Of a DNA stretch of 37,659 nucleotides, positions 21,055-29,982 are shown one piece after another; positions within the stretch are counted from its first letter, which is position 1, and each line of letters opens with the position of its first letter. The position numbers and the translations under genes were made by a program. This DNA is from Stramenopiles sp. TOSAG23-6 (lineage: Eukaryota), in contig LT635939.1 in the NCBI GenBank assembly GCA_900128565.1, forward strand, positions 1-37,659, in the 5' to 3' direction. A model generated the notes under the pieces. The model saw only the letters and a list, made by a program, of their open reading frames with translations, was not told the DNA's origin and searched no databases.

Positions 21055-21912
21055 ATGAGTTCTGTAGTTTCACACGTAATTGTACACAGTGACGGTGCTA
21101 AACAGTCTACTTTAATTGATGGTAGACTTGTTATAAAAGAATGTGATGGAACAGTAACAACACGGCTACCATGTGGAAGTCAAACCACATCTTATCCCGA
21201 TGGTACATTAACTCATATGACAAACTCTGGCGAAGCAATTATTCAAATTGAACCACGCGATGGTCCTATAATAGTGGAACTTTGGCAAAACGTTCATATT
21301 CAAATAAGCAATTGTATCATCCGTGAAAATAATCCTTTAGTTTTTATATCGCATTTTCTCTTGTGCTTTGAATTTGCTGTCATGGAAAATATGGAATATT
21401 ACATAATGCTGCCAAATGGAAAAGTTGTAATTGGGGATTTCAAGAAAGAAAAAATAGAAAATGATAAATTTAACTCAAGAATATCGCAAGAAATCAATAG
21501 CACCACATTTCCTTGTTTGGATAAAGCATATACTACGCAAATAAATATGTTTGATAGAATAGCAAAGGAGATATATCAAATATCAAAAGATATTATAAAT
21601 GTGTGGACCCTAAATCAAAAATCTGCTATTTATATTTCTCAGGCCCTGAAAAATATAGTCAAAAAAATAGAAATCCTTTTATCTGATTCTAAAAATGCGA
21701 TGTTATGTGATTTTTCTCAGCAAAATATAAAACAAAAAACTCAAAAAATACTAAAACGTAGCATCTATTATGCAAATATTGCACTGTTAAATGCCAAAAA
21801 AAGTAAAACATCAAGCTTGCAAGTTTATTCACTCAATAAGGCATATCAAATATTACAAAAAGAATATGCTTTTATAAAGTGGATGGATTACACAAAAAAA
21901 CAAAACGACTAA
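21055..21912 (+). CDS. Hypothetical protein; N-terminal DG/PxG beta-hairpin repeats reminiscent of TCP10-C/G-box
   Basis: 285-aa ATG..TAA ORF. HSDG..LIDG..ECDG..LPCG..YPDG..TNSG recur at a 9-residue period. Confidence 0.55.
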   Translation: MSSVVSHVIVHSDGAKQSTLIDGRLVIKECDGTVTTRLPCGSQTTSYPDGTLTHMTNSGEAIIQIEPRDGPIIVELWQNVHIQISNCIIRENNPLVFISHFLLCFEFAVMENMEYYIMLPNGKVVIGDFKKEKIENDKFNSRISQEINSTTFPCLDKAYTTQINMFDRIAKEIYQISKDIINVWTLNQKSAIYISQALKNIVKKIEILLSDSKNAMLCDFSQQNIKQKTQKILKRSIYYANIALLNAKKSKTSSLQVYSLNKAYQILQKEYAFIKWMDYTKKQND

Positions 21913-21987
21913 ATTCTTTGATTAAAATGCTTTTATAAAGTGGATGGATTACACAAAAAAACAAAACGACTAAATTCTTTGATTAAA
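21866..21987. repeat. Perfect 61-bp tandem duplication
   Basis: atgcttttataaagtggatggattacacaaaaaaacaaaacgactaaattctttgattaaa starts at 21866 and at 21927. Confidence 0.95.
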
Positions 21988-24900
21988 AAATATTCCAAAT
22001 TGGTTTTCCTGTATTTTCGTCGGATCCAGCAAATGTATGATATAATTGGACAAATTCTATTGGTGTTGGTGTTATGACTAAATTAAGTGATTCTACAATT
22101 TTTTTGAAATTATCAAATGAATTGTTTCCAAAACTGCCTCTCTTCGTGGTAGGATTTGGCTTTTTGTTGTCTGGTACACGCCCGACACTTTTTACATTCA
22201 TTGAATGTTTTTCAGGATAAAAATTCATTTTTGATCTAGCTTTTGATTTGAGTATTTGACATTGAGCAAAACTATTTACGGGGGCGATTTCGTTAATCAT
22301 ATTTTGAATATATTGTAGATTTTTTATACACTCTGAAATTGATGCAGCAGTTGATATGAATTGTACAGCTAATTTATCAATTTCTTCTCGATCGGCTTTC
22401 AAAAATTGTTCAAGTTGAGAGATACTCATAAAATTGCATAAATTAAAAACAATAGTATTTGTATCAATTGCATTAAATAGATACCGCATGAGGTCAATTT
22501 CAAATTCTTGTAACTCAATCTCAGTATTATTAGCATTATTGTTAATTATTGAAACGCATGTGTTAAACGGTATCACTAAATTTATACATTCAGGGTGACG
22601 TGCAAGCTTATTAATAAAAACATTAGTACTATATTTCGTACTTATTATACTCGTCAATGATTTATGTAACCAATGTAATTTAGATAATGGAATTTGTCTC
22701 GTAACATTTCGTAGAGTCTTTTCTCCTTTTACATCTCCACTATTTCCAATATCAAATTCTGTCTTTATTGGACTTTCAGTTTTTGTTAAAGAAGGCTTCA
22801 ATGAAATTGGTGAAATTTTCCATTGTAATATTGCACCATCAGACCAACCAGTTGTGATTGCAGTGCTACTAGATTTTTTTCTATTATTTGAAATATATGA
22901 GTCCATACTCGAAATTGAAGCAATTCCACTCCCGTGGCCGTAGTGATAATTAGAAATACTAATATTTCTTGCAGGTGTTTTAAAAATACGTAACAAAGGA
23001 GTTTTATCACCAACTAATAAACATTTACCATAATGTGATATTTGTAGGCAAACCTGTCGCTTTTGTTGTAATTGTGATTCTTGAGATATTGTGGGAATTA
23101 TTGCTTCTCCTGTACTCAAATGAACACTTGTAACAGGTTTAGCTAAAACAGATGAACTTGAACTTCGTCTTTGTGTTGTGAAAGATTGATTTGATGAAGA
23201 TTTCACATTCTTGCGTAAATTATTCTGTGTCGTGTTTAAATAAGCTTTCAGTATGGCACTCACTGAAGTATCAGTCAGACAATGCCAGCCATCCCATTTA
23301 CTATTAATTGCCGTACTTTGACTTGTTCTAAACATACCATCTTCAGTTGTTGTTGAAGGTGGTTTCGATAGAGCAGAAAAATTTGTTTGTTCATTATTTT
23401 TACTACTTTTACTAAATTTAGTCAATTTAACGATTTTGGATTGCTTTGTACCTTTTGTATTTTTTGTACTTTTTGTATTTTTTGCATTTTTTGTATTCCT
23501 TGCATCATAGTTTTCAAATACTAGATTATCATCATTTCTATCACTCACAATTTGATAATATTTCGTATTTTGTGTTTCATCTTCAGTGCGTAACCATTGA
23601 CTATCTTCACTCCAATCTATTGCAGTCAATATTTTATTATTCATTGTAGTAGAAACATCCACTTCATCCTCATGAATAATTATATTAGTAGTAGGTTTAT
23701 TTCTTGGATGTTCTTCTTTTAATTGAATCGTTTTTTGATCATATTTACCACCACATTGAACAACGTTAATATAACTAGATGATGCAATTGCTAAATATTT
23801 TCCATTCGGTGAATATTGTACTAAATTCACATTATTTTGTCGTGTTGTGCTTAATGAAGGAGGTGGGATCGTTTTTCTGTTTTTCTTCAATTGTGAATCT
23901 GAAATTCTATTTTGAATATTACTATACGATGCAACAAAGGGTAATGTACAAATAATTTCTAATTGTAAAGCGTTATTTCCACTGCCAAATGCCACTATCC
24001 CTGTTATACCATTTTCCATTCCAATAGCAAACTCGTGGCCATCTTTATGAAAATCAGCACATACTACACTTTCCGGTACAATTAATGAACCTATAGGTAA
24101 TCCTTTAGTTGATGTATTCCACAGTACAACATGTGCTTCTTCGCCTCCCGTGATAAAATATGGATATTTTGGATGCGTAGCCAAAGCAGGTGAACTGCCA
24201 CAATGACCATATGCTACTGTTGATGTTAATGTATTATGACCACTTGTATTCACATGATGAATACCTAAGATATTTGATACTATACATAACTCGCCATGTT
24301 GACCAGGTGCAGAATTCCAACGTAATTGTATTGGGAAGGGATCACATGACGATGATGCTGAGAAGCGATGTCTTTGCAAATAGTTTAATGTGGGTTTAAA
24401 AACACGAATTATTTCTAAAAATACTTTTGGTGTGTTTGTGTTTGACACGTTATTATTTTCAGTATTTTCATTGTTTCCGGTAGTTGTAGGTAATAGTATA
24501 TTTAATTTCCATAACTTTACGTAATTCTCGATACAACTTGTTGCAAGTAATTTACTTGTACCGTGTGTTAATGTTTTACAATCTCCTCCAGCATTTGTAT
24601 ATAAATTATTTATATCACGTATAAACGATATTGCAGTGATATAAGAACTATGAGCAGATTTCATAGTATATAAAGGTACAGGTTGTTCAATAGAATTACT
24701 CATGCTTGTTCCTGTATTTAATGTTGTAAAATTAATATACCCAGGATTACTATCTGCTACACAGGGAGGTAGCCAGATACTTATACCACCCGTATTTGAA
24801 GCACTAGCAATCCAATATGTACATATATCTTGTGTTATATTTCGCATATTTCGTGATCCATCTGGGGAATATATTTCAGTATCATAATCATATGCTTGAA

Positions 24901-27900
24901 TAGGACAAATTGTTACACATGAGGCATTTTTTTGCAATACTCCTATGTTACGATTTCGATATCGACCATGCGCTATTCCATCATTTGTTGCATCATGAGT
25001 ATTTTCATTAGTAGTGTTATCAGTTGTTGCATTATTATAATTTTTGCTTGTAGTGTTCATCACAAAATCTAAAATTGATAACTTATTATTTGTAGTATTA
25101 TTCATCGAATTTAAATTATATAAAACCCAAGGTGTGATTCCTGATATAGCTGATCCTTTTGTAGTTGATGTTTGCATTGTCTGTTGCTGTTGCTGTTGTT
25201 GCTGTGATGTTGTCCCATCTGTAGGATCTACGCCCGTCGATAAATGTGTGGAGTGTGATGAATTTCGTATTTCTGTACTCCAAAAACTAATCTCACAAGG
25301 TTGTGTGTGATGATTTTGTCTATGATATGCATACGAATTCGTCTTAAATGCCTCGTCTTTTTGAGTGTAGCAATTCGCTACAATACCAATTTGTGCATTA
25401 TTATTAATAGTACCATTCATGGTAGTAGAGGACAGGCCATTATTATATGTAAATGAACGAGAGTTCCAAGATGTAATGTAAATATCTTTTACCCTGCCAC
25501 AATTTTTATGTGATGCAATGGCTAATAATTTTCCGCTCCGCCATTGCCACAGAGCTATATCACCTGAAATTCCACCAGACGCAAGCATTTCGCCATCAGA
25601 AGAACTAAATGCTAATGCAGATATTTCCATGGGATGATGATGCAGCACTTGAAGCGTAACAGGTTTATTTTCTGAGCTGTTTGAGCATTTCCATATCACA
25701 ATTGATGCGGATGCTTCAACACCACGAGTATCTTTTCGACATCGATAACCGCTCGCTACAATTCCACCTGTGGAATCAACTGCTATTGCTGTGACTGGTG
25801 TTGTTGCATTAGCATGAAAATATCTTTGATAATCTGATCCAAAGTTTTTTGTGCCTTGAATAACATGTGTAGCACCAACAGCAAATAATAGCTCACCTGT
25901 AGCTATAGGAATTGCGTTTGGTATTGTGTTGCCATATGCCCATTCTAAAGTCATAGATTGATCAAGATTTACATTTTGTGTATTTTGTGTATTTTGTATA
26001 GTTTTTGTATTCTGTGTATAAACGCTCAAATTATTAGAATTACGATTGTTGATTGTTCTTCGCCATGATTTATCTCTGTTTTTCTGTGGAAGCATTAATA
26101 ATTTGTTCATATTTTTTCTTCCAACACTTATTGAAGAGACTTTGAACAAATGACCATCATTATCAATAGTACCATCTATACTTGTTGTAGTTGTAGTACT
26201 CTGTAAAACATTTTGCTTTTTGTTTTTCCGACGAATTTGATACAATCCATCATTTAGTGATGGCAATATAGAGTATTTATTTGGCTCAACTCCAGTAACA
26301 ACATTAGCATGACATTCTGCCCATGTTTGCTTGAATGTTGTTGGGTAAGAAACATACGTTGCATCTGAGAAACCTTGATCCAGCCTATCAATATTTGTCA
26401 GAATATTTGAAGAAGGCATGAACCAATTTGAAGATCCACACTCAAATATATAAGGTGATAATGGTAAACCTTTCGGTACATTTAATAAACCTGATCTTGT
26501 GTCAATAGTACGCCCAACTATTTCCGATCTCGCAAAATTTGGAGTAGTGCACGTTCTTGGTGATGAATATACAACTAATGCAGGTTTTTTCTTTTTTCTT
26601 TTCGTTTTTTTCATTTTTGTGTCTTCTGTACTTTCGACATTTTCTAAATTTTTATTACTTTTTGTAGTTTTCGTATTTGTTTTACTTTTTGCATTAGAAT
26701 TGAAAGTATGAGCAGGTTGGTATTTTAGTAATTTTCTTCCCCATGTTCCTACATTTACATTATCATTTGTATCCTCCTTTGTGTTTTTTTCAAGTATATT
26801 TTTCATCACAGTATAGTCATCTATCAACTGACCCTTAAATAATTTTTGGTTACTTTGAGTTTTTAGTACACTATTCTTTACAATGTCATCATCCATTGAT
26901 CGACTTTGTTGTTGGGCATTACGTAACTCAGTTTGCATTTTCTTATGCTGCATTAAAGCTTTTTGCAATTCTACTTCTGCTTTCTCCACATTCTCTTTTG
27001 AATCTTGCCGCTTTTTGATACAAGAATTCAAATATTTTTGAGGATCTTTTTCATCACTTTTATCTTCATTTTTCCATTTTTCATTCACTTTATCAAAAGT
27101 TTCAGAGGCATTTTCAAACTCTTTTTCGCATTGCTTCAGACGTTTCAAGCCACTCTTTTTTTGCTTTTGTAAATCATGTAATACTTCTTTCTCGCGTTTA
27201 CTTTGCTTTTGCTCATCACCATCATTAAGCGTGTCAGATTCACCCATAGTACTGTGTATTTTTTCATCAATTTCAGTCATGAAATCACGTGCTTTTTGTA
27301 ATGCTACATCCGCTGTCTTTACAGCCAATTCCGAGGCTTCCATTTCGTGCTTAATTTTCATTTGTTTTGTATTTTTAGATACATATAAAGCAACAGCTGT
27401 ACGTGCTTCAGCTTCATCACGCAAAGCTTTTACTTGTACTGACTGTGCATCAAATAGCTTTTGTTGAAAAATGCGACAATCTTCAGCAAGTTTGCGTTCA
27501 TCACTTGCAATACGCATTTCTTTATCATGTGCCGTCATTTTCGCTTGTAATCGACTTTCTGTAGCATTCGCTTCATTCAAATTTCGTTGCACTTGACTCA
27601 TTTTCAAGTTCACTGACATTTGTGTGAGGGTAGTTGGATCTTTTTCCAATTTCGTATTTTTCATATTTGCATGTGACAAAGTAAAATCTAAACCACCACC
27701 AATTGCACATAATCTCTCTTGTTTTGCTTCTTCGTGTGCTTTACTCGCAATAACACGAGCATCTTCTACACTGGCATTTACAGCTTCAAGCTTACTTTGT
27801 ATTTCTTGTATTGATGCTTCATCACTTCCTTTACGTTTTGTGTTTGCTAAACTTTCTGCCAAACTTTCAGCTTGCTCGACAAGCTCCTCAAGTTTTGATG

Positions 27901-29689
27901 CAGTCAATACAGCATTTCGTTGTAGTATCGCGCGTGTAGCTGCAGCGTCTGCATATTCTTTGGCCAAAGAGGCACTTTGTGTAGCCGCTACATGCTTTTG
28001 ACGAAGTGACAGTAATGTAGTTTCTCTTACAACTGCTTCATCTCCATGCTCTTCGCCATGGGATTCTCTCCATTCTTTTTTTGCCTCGGCTGCTTCATTG
28101 GCAAGACGTTTTGCATCTTCATTTAACTTAGTAGATTCTCTCTCCGCATCCACCCATGACTTTGATTCTTGCGTCAATAATAATAACCGATTTATGTCGT
28201 TTTTTAGTATATCGTGTTTTTGAGCCATTCTTTTGATAGTATCTGGAGAAGTTGTCTCATTGTTTTTAGCTTCAAAAAGTTTTTCTTTACAAACTTTACA
28301 TTCGTTTTGTAACTTCGATAAGTGCATGTTATGCTTTGCATATAATCGCTCAGCAGCAACACTATTTACTGTTGTGCTGCTTAGTTTATTCGTTTCCTTT
28401 TTGTTGTCGTTCTTTTCATTTTGCTTGAATTGCTTTTTCTTTGTTGTTATATGATGACGCTCTGCTTTTAAGTGCATTACAGCTTCATCATAATTTCGTT
28501 TTGCTTCAACGTATTCTTCCTGTGCAATATTGTTTGCTTTTGATAACTCTGCAATTTTTTCTGGTGATTCAACCCCATGCGCAATATGCCATTTACACTT
28601 TGCTTTTGCTGCAATGATCGATTTCTGTTTAACATTATAAAAACACGATATCGATTTTGCTTCGGCATCGCCACGCGCAAATGAATCTTTCGCAGTCTGT
28701 AGAGTATTTTGATATTGAATATGGCATTTCTTCATGTCATTTTCCAAAGCAATAATATCATTTCCTCCTTCTTCATCTGCTTCTTTCGCTTTATTTATCT
28801 TGGATTTCGTGTCTTCCTGTGCCGCTGTAAACACATTTATAGCATTGACTAACATTGTACTTGCTTTTATTGCGTCTCTTTGAGCTTGAACACTTATATT
28901 CGAATCTTCATACTGTTCTTGGGCCACTTGACTTTTTTTTTTTATTGAACTTCGTTTCATCCCAAGATCATCAAGTTCTTTGGTATTTGTGTCATCTTTC
29001 ACAATTTCCTTCCATTTTTTTTCAATACTCTCCTTGTCTTTTTGTAATTGCTTGAATACCTTTAATTTTGCTTCTTGTTCAAGTAAACATAATAAAAGAC
29101 CTTTAGATGATTTCACCGTTTGCTCAAGGCATCGTAATTCAGTAAAAATATCATTTTTACTTCCAACTTTTTGTTGTTTTCGTTGAGATTCATAAGAAAC
29201 TGAACATGTTGTCAATTGTGTACGCGCATCAACAATTTCCTTACTTTCACTTTCATCTGATGGAAGTTTTAATAAATCGAGAATGTTGCTTTCATTAGTG
29301 TAATCACCTTCCCAAAACTCTTTCCAGCTCTTCTTTGACTGATGAGAGGAATGATGGTGCTTACGATGGTGGCCGTGTTTTGAGTGATGGCCATGTTTTG
29401 AGTGATGGCCATGTTTTGAGTCATGGTGATCATCAGCATTTGCTTCAACCTTCTCTTTCGATTCATCTTTCGATTCTGCATTCTCTTTTGCTTTCTCTCT
29501 CGCTTTCACGTCTTCTTTCATCTTCGTTTCTTCTTTCGCTTCCGTTTCTTCTTTTGCTTCTTTTACTTTCGCCCGAGATTCTTCTTTCCTTTCGACTTCA
29601 GCTGCCGTTTCCTCCATTTGTGCAGCTTCATCCGCCGATTTCTCTCCAACATTTTCATTTACATTTTCGTCGTTATTTGCATCTGCCAT
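21983..29689 (-). CDS. EML (echinoderm microtubule-associated protein-like) WD40 protein with ~950-aa N-terminal coiled coil
   Basis: 2,568-aa uninterrupted ORF. EML-type motifs in order: LEWAYG (HELP-like), GELLFAVG..QRYF, ALAFS..GEMLASGG..IALWQWRSG, GH...ALATHP..FITGGE..VVLWN, ADFHKDGHEFAIGMENG, VQYSPNGKYLAIAS, TAIDWSEDSQWLRT, TTGWSDGAILQWK. Confidence 0.8.
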   Translation of the reverse strand: MADANNDENVNENVGEKSADEAAQMEETAAEVERKEESRAKVKEAKEETEAKEETKMKEDVKAREKAKENAESKDESKEKVEANADDHHDSKHGHHSKHGHHSKHGHHRKHHHSSHQSKKSWKEFWEGDYTNESNILDLLKLPSDESESKEIVDARTQLTTCSVSYESQRKQQKVGSKNDIFTELRCLEQTVKSSKGLLLCLLEQEAKLKVFKQLQKDKESIEKKWKEIVKDDTNTKELDDLGMKRSSIKKKSQVAQEQYEDSNISVQAQRDAIKASTMLVNAINVFTAAQEDTKSKINKAKEADEEGGNDIIALENDMKKCHIQYQNTLQTAKDSFARGDAEAKSISCFYNVKQKSIIAAKAKCKWHIAHGVESPEKIAELSKANNIAQEEYVEAKRNYDEAVMHLKAERHHITTKKKQFKQNEKNDNKKETNKLSSTTVNSVAAERLYAKHNMHLSKLQNECKVCKEKLFEAKNNETTSPDTIKRMAQKHDILKNDINRLLLLTQESKSWVDAERESTKLNEDAKRLANEAAEAKKEWRESHGEEHGDEAVVRETTLLSLRQKHVAATQSASLAKEYADAAATRAILQRNAVLTASKLEELVEQAESLAESLANTKRKGSDEASIQEIQSKLEAVNASVEDARVIASKAHEEAKQERLCAIGGGLDFTLSHANMKNTKLEKDPTTLTQMSVNLKMSQVQRNLNEANATESRLQAKMTAHDKEMRIASDERKLAEDCRIFQQKLFDAQSVQVKALRDEAEARTAVALYVSKNTKQMKIKHEMEASELAVKTADVALQKARDFMTEIDEKIHSTMGESDTLNDGDEQKQSKREKEVLHDLQKQKKSGLKRLKQCEKEFENASETFDKVNEKWKNEDKSDEKDPQKYLNSCIKKRQDSKENVEKAEVELQKALMQHKKMQTELRNAQQQSRSMDDDIVKNSVLKTQSNQKLFKGQLIDDYTVMKNILEKNTKEDTNDNVNVGTWGRKLLKYQPAHTFNSNAKSKTNTKTTKSNKNLENVESTEDTKMKKTKRKKKKPALVVYSSPRTCTTPNFARSEIVGRTIDTRSGLLNVPKGLPLSPYIFECGSSNWFMPSSNILTNIDRLDQGFSDATYVSYPTTFKQTWAECHANVVTGVEPNKYSILPSLNDGLYQIRRKNKKQNVLQSTTTTTSIDGTIDNDGHLFKVSSISVGRKNMNKLLMLPQKNRDKSWRRTINNRNSNNLSVYTQNTKTIQNTQNTQNVNLDQSMTLEWAYGNTIPNAIPIATGELLFAVGATHVIQGTKNFGSDYQRYFHANATTPVTAIAVDSTGGIVASGYRCRKDTRGVEASASIVIWKCSNSSENKPVTLQVLHHHPMEISALAFSSSDGEMLASGGISGDIALWQWRSGKLLAIASHKNCGRVKDIYITSWNSRSFTYNNGLSSTTMNGTINNNAQIGIVANCYTQKDEAFKTNSYAYHRQNHHTQPCEISFWSTEIRNSSHSTHLSTGVDPTDGTTSQQQQQQQQTMQTSTTKGSAISGITPWVLYNLNSMNNTTNNKLSILDFVMNTTSKNYNNATTDNTTNENTHDATNDGIAHGRYRNRNIGVLQKNASCVTICPIQAYDYDTEIYSPDGSRNMRNITQDICTYWIASASNTGGISIWLPPCVADSNPGYINFTTLNTGTSMSNSIEQPVPLYTMKSAHSSYITAISFIRDINNLYTNAGGDCKTLTHGTSKLLATSCIENYVKLWKLNILLPTTTGNNENTENNNVSNTNTPKVFLEIIRVFKPTLNYLQRHRFSASSSCDPFPIQLRWNSAPGQHGELCIVSNILGIHHVNTSGHNTLTSTVAYGHCGSSPALATHPKYPYFITGGEEAHVVLWNTSTKGLPIGSLIVPESVVCADFHKDGHEFAIGMENGITGIVAFGSGNNALQLEIICTLPFVASYSNIQNRISDSQLKKNRKTIPPPSLSTTRQNNVNLVQYSPNGKYLAIASSSYINVVQCGGKYDQKTIQLKEEHPRNKPTTNIIIHEDEVDVSTTMNNKILTAIDWSEDSQWLRTEDETQNTKYYQIVSDRNDDNLVFENYDARNTKNAKNTKSTKNTKGTKQSKIVKLTKFSKSSKNNEQTNFSALSKPPSTTTEDGMFRTSQSTAINSKWDGWHCLTDTSVSAILKAYLNTTQNNLRKNVKSSSNQSFTTQRRSSSSSVLAKPVTSVHLSTGEAIIPTISQESQLQQKRQVCLQISHYGKCLLVGDKTPLLRIFKTPARNISISNYHYGHGSGIASISSMDSYISNNRKKSSSTAITTGWSDGAILQWKISPISLKPSLTKTESPIKTEFDIGNSGDVKGEKTLRNVTRQIPLSKLHWLHKSLTSIISTKYSTNVFINKLARHPECINLVIPFNTCVSIINNNANNTEIELQEFEIDLMRYLFNAIDTNTIVFNLCNFMSISQLEQFLKADREEIDKLAVQFISTAASISECIKNLQYIQNMINEIAPVNSFAQCQILKSKARSKMNFYPEKHSMNVKSVGRVPDNKKPNPTTKRGSFGNNSFDNFKKIVESLNLVITPTPIEFVQLYHTFAGSDENTGKPIWNIF
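29355..29430 (-). repeat. 18-nt repeat encoding His-rich (HHSKHG)n tract
   Basis: tgttttgagtgatggcca units give HHDSKHGHHSKHGHHSKHGHHRKHHH. Confidence 0.9.
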
Positions 29690-29982
29690 CTTTGAATGAT
29701 TTATTGTTATTCAAAGATATTTGCGTGAAAATCTTTTATTAGTAACGACACACACAAAAAAAACAAAAGAATTCAGTAACCGAAAATCTCCGAGTTGGGT
29801 ACCCGGGACCCTTTGATGCTTCGAAAATATACGGTTACAAAAATAATATTAAAAAAGGATTGCTTCCCTCCCTTCCATCATGACTAATAATAAAATGAAC
29901 AACTGAAATGACGCTGGAATAAGCATCTTAGGAATAAGCATTCGTATGACTATTTAGCACAATAGTACAATATAGATAAATC
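29690..29982. promoter_or_regulatory. Probable bidirectional promoter between two giant divergent genes
   Basis: 293 bp lie between the opposing ATGs. The spacer has a GC-rich palindromic core (ctccgagttgggtacccgggaccc, ~29788-29811) and a direct repeat of ggaataagcat (x2). Confidence 0.6.
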
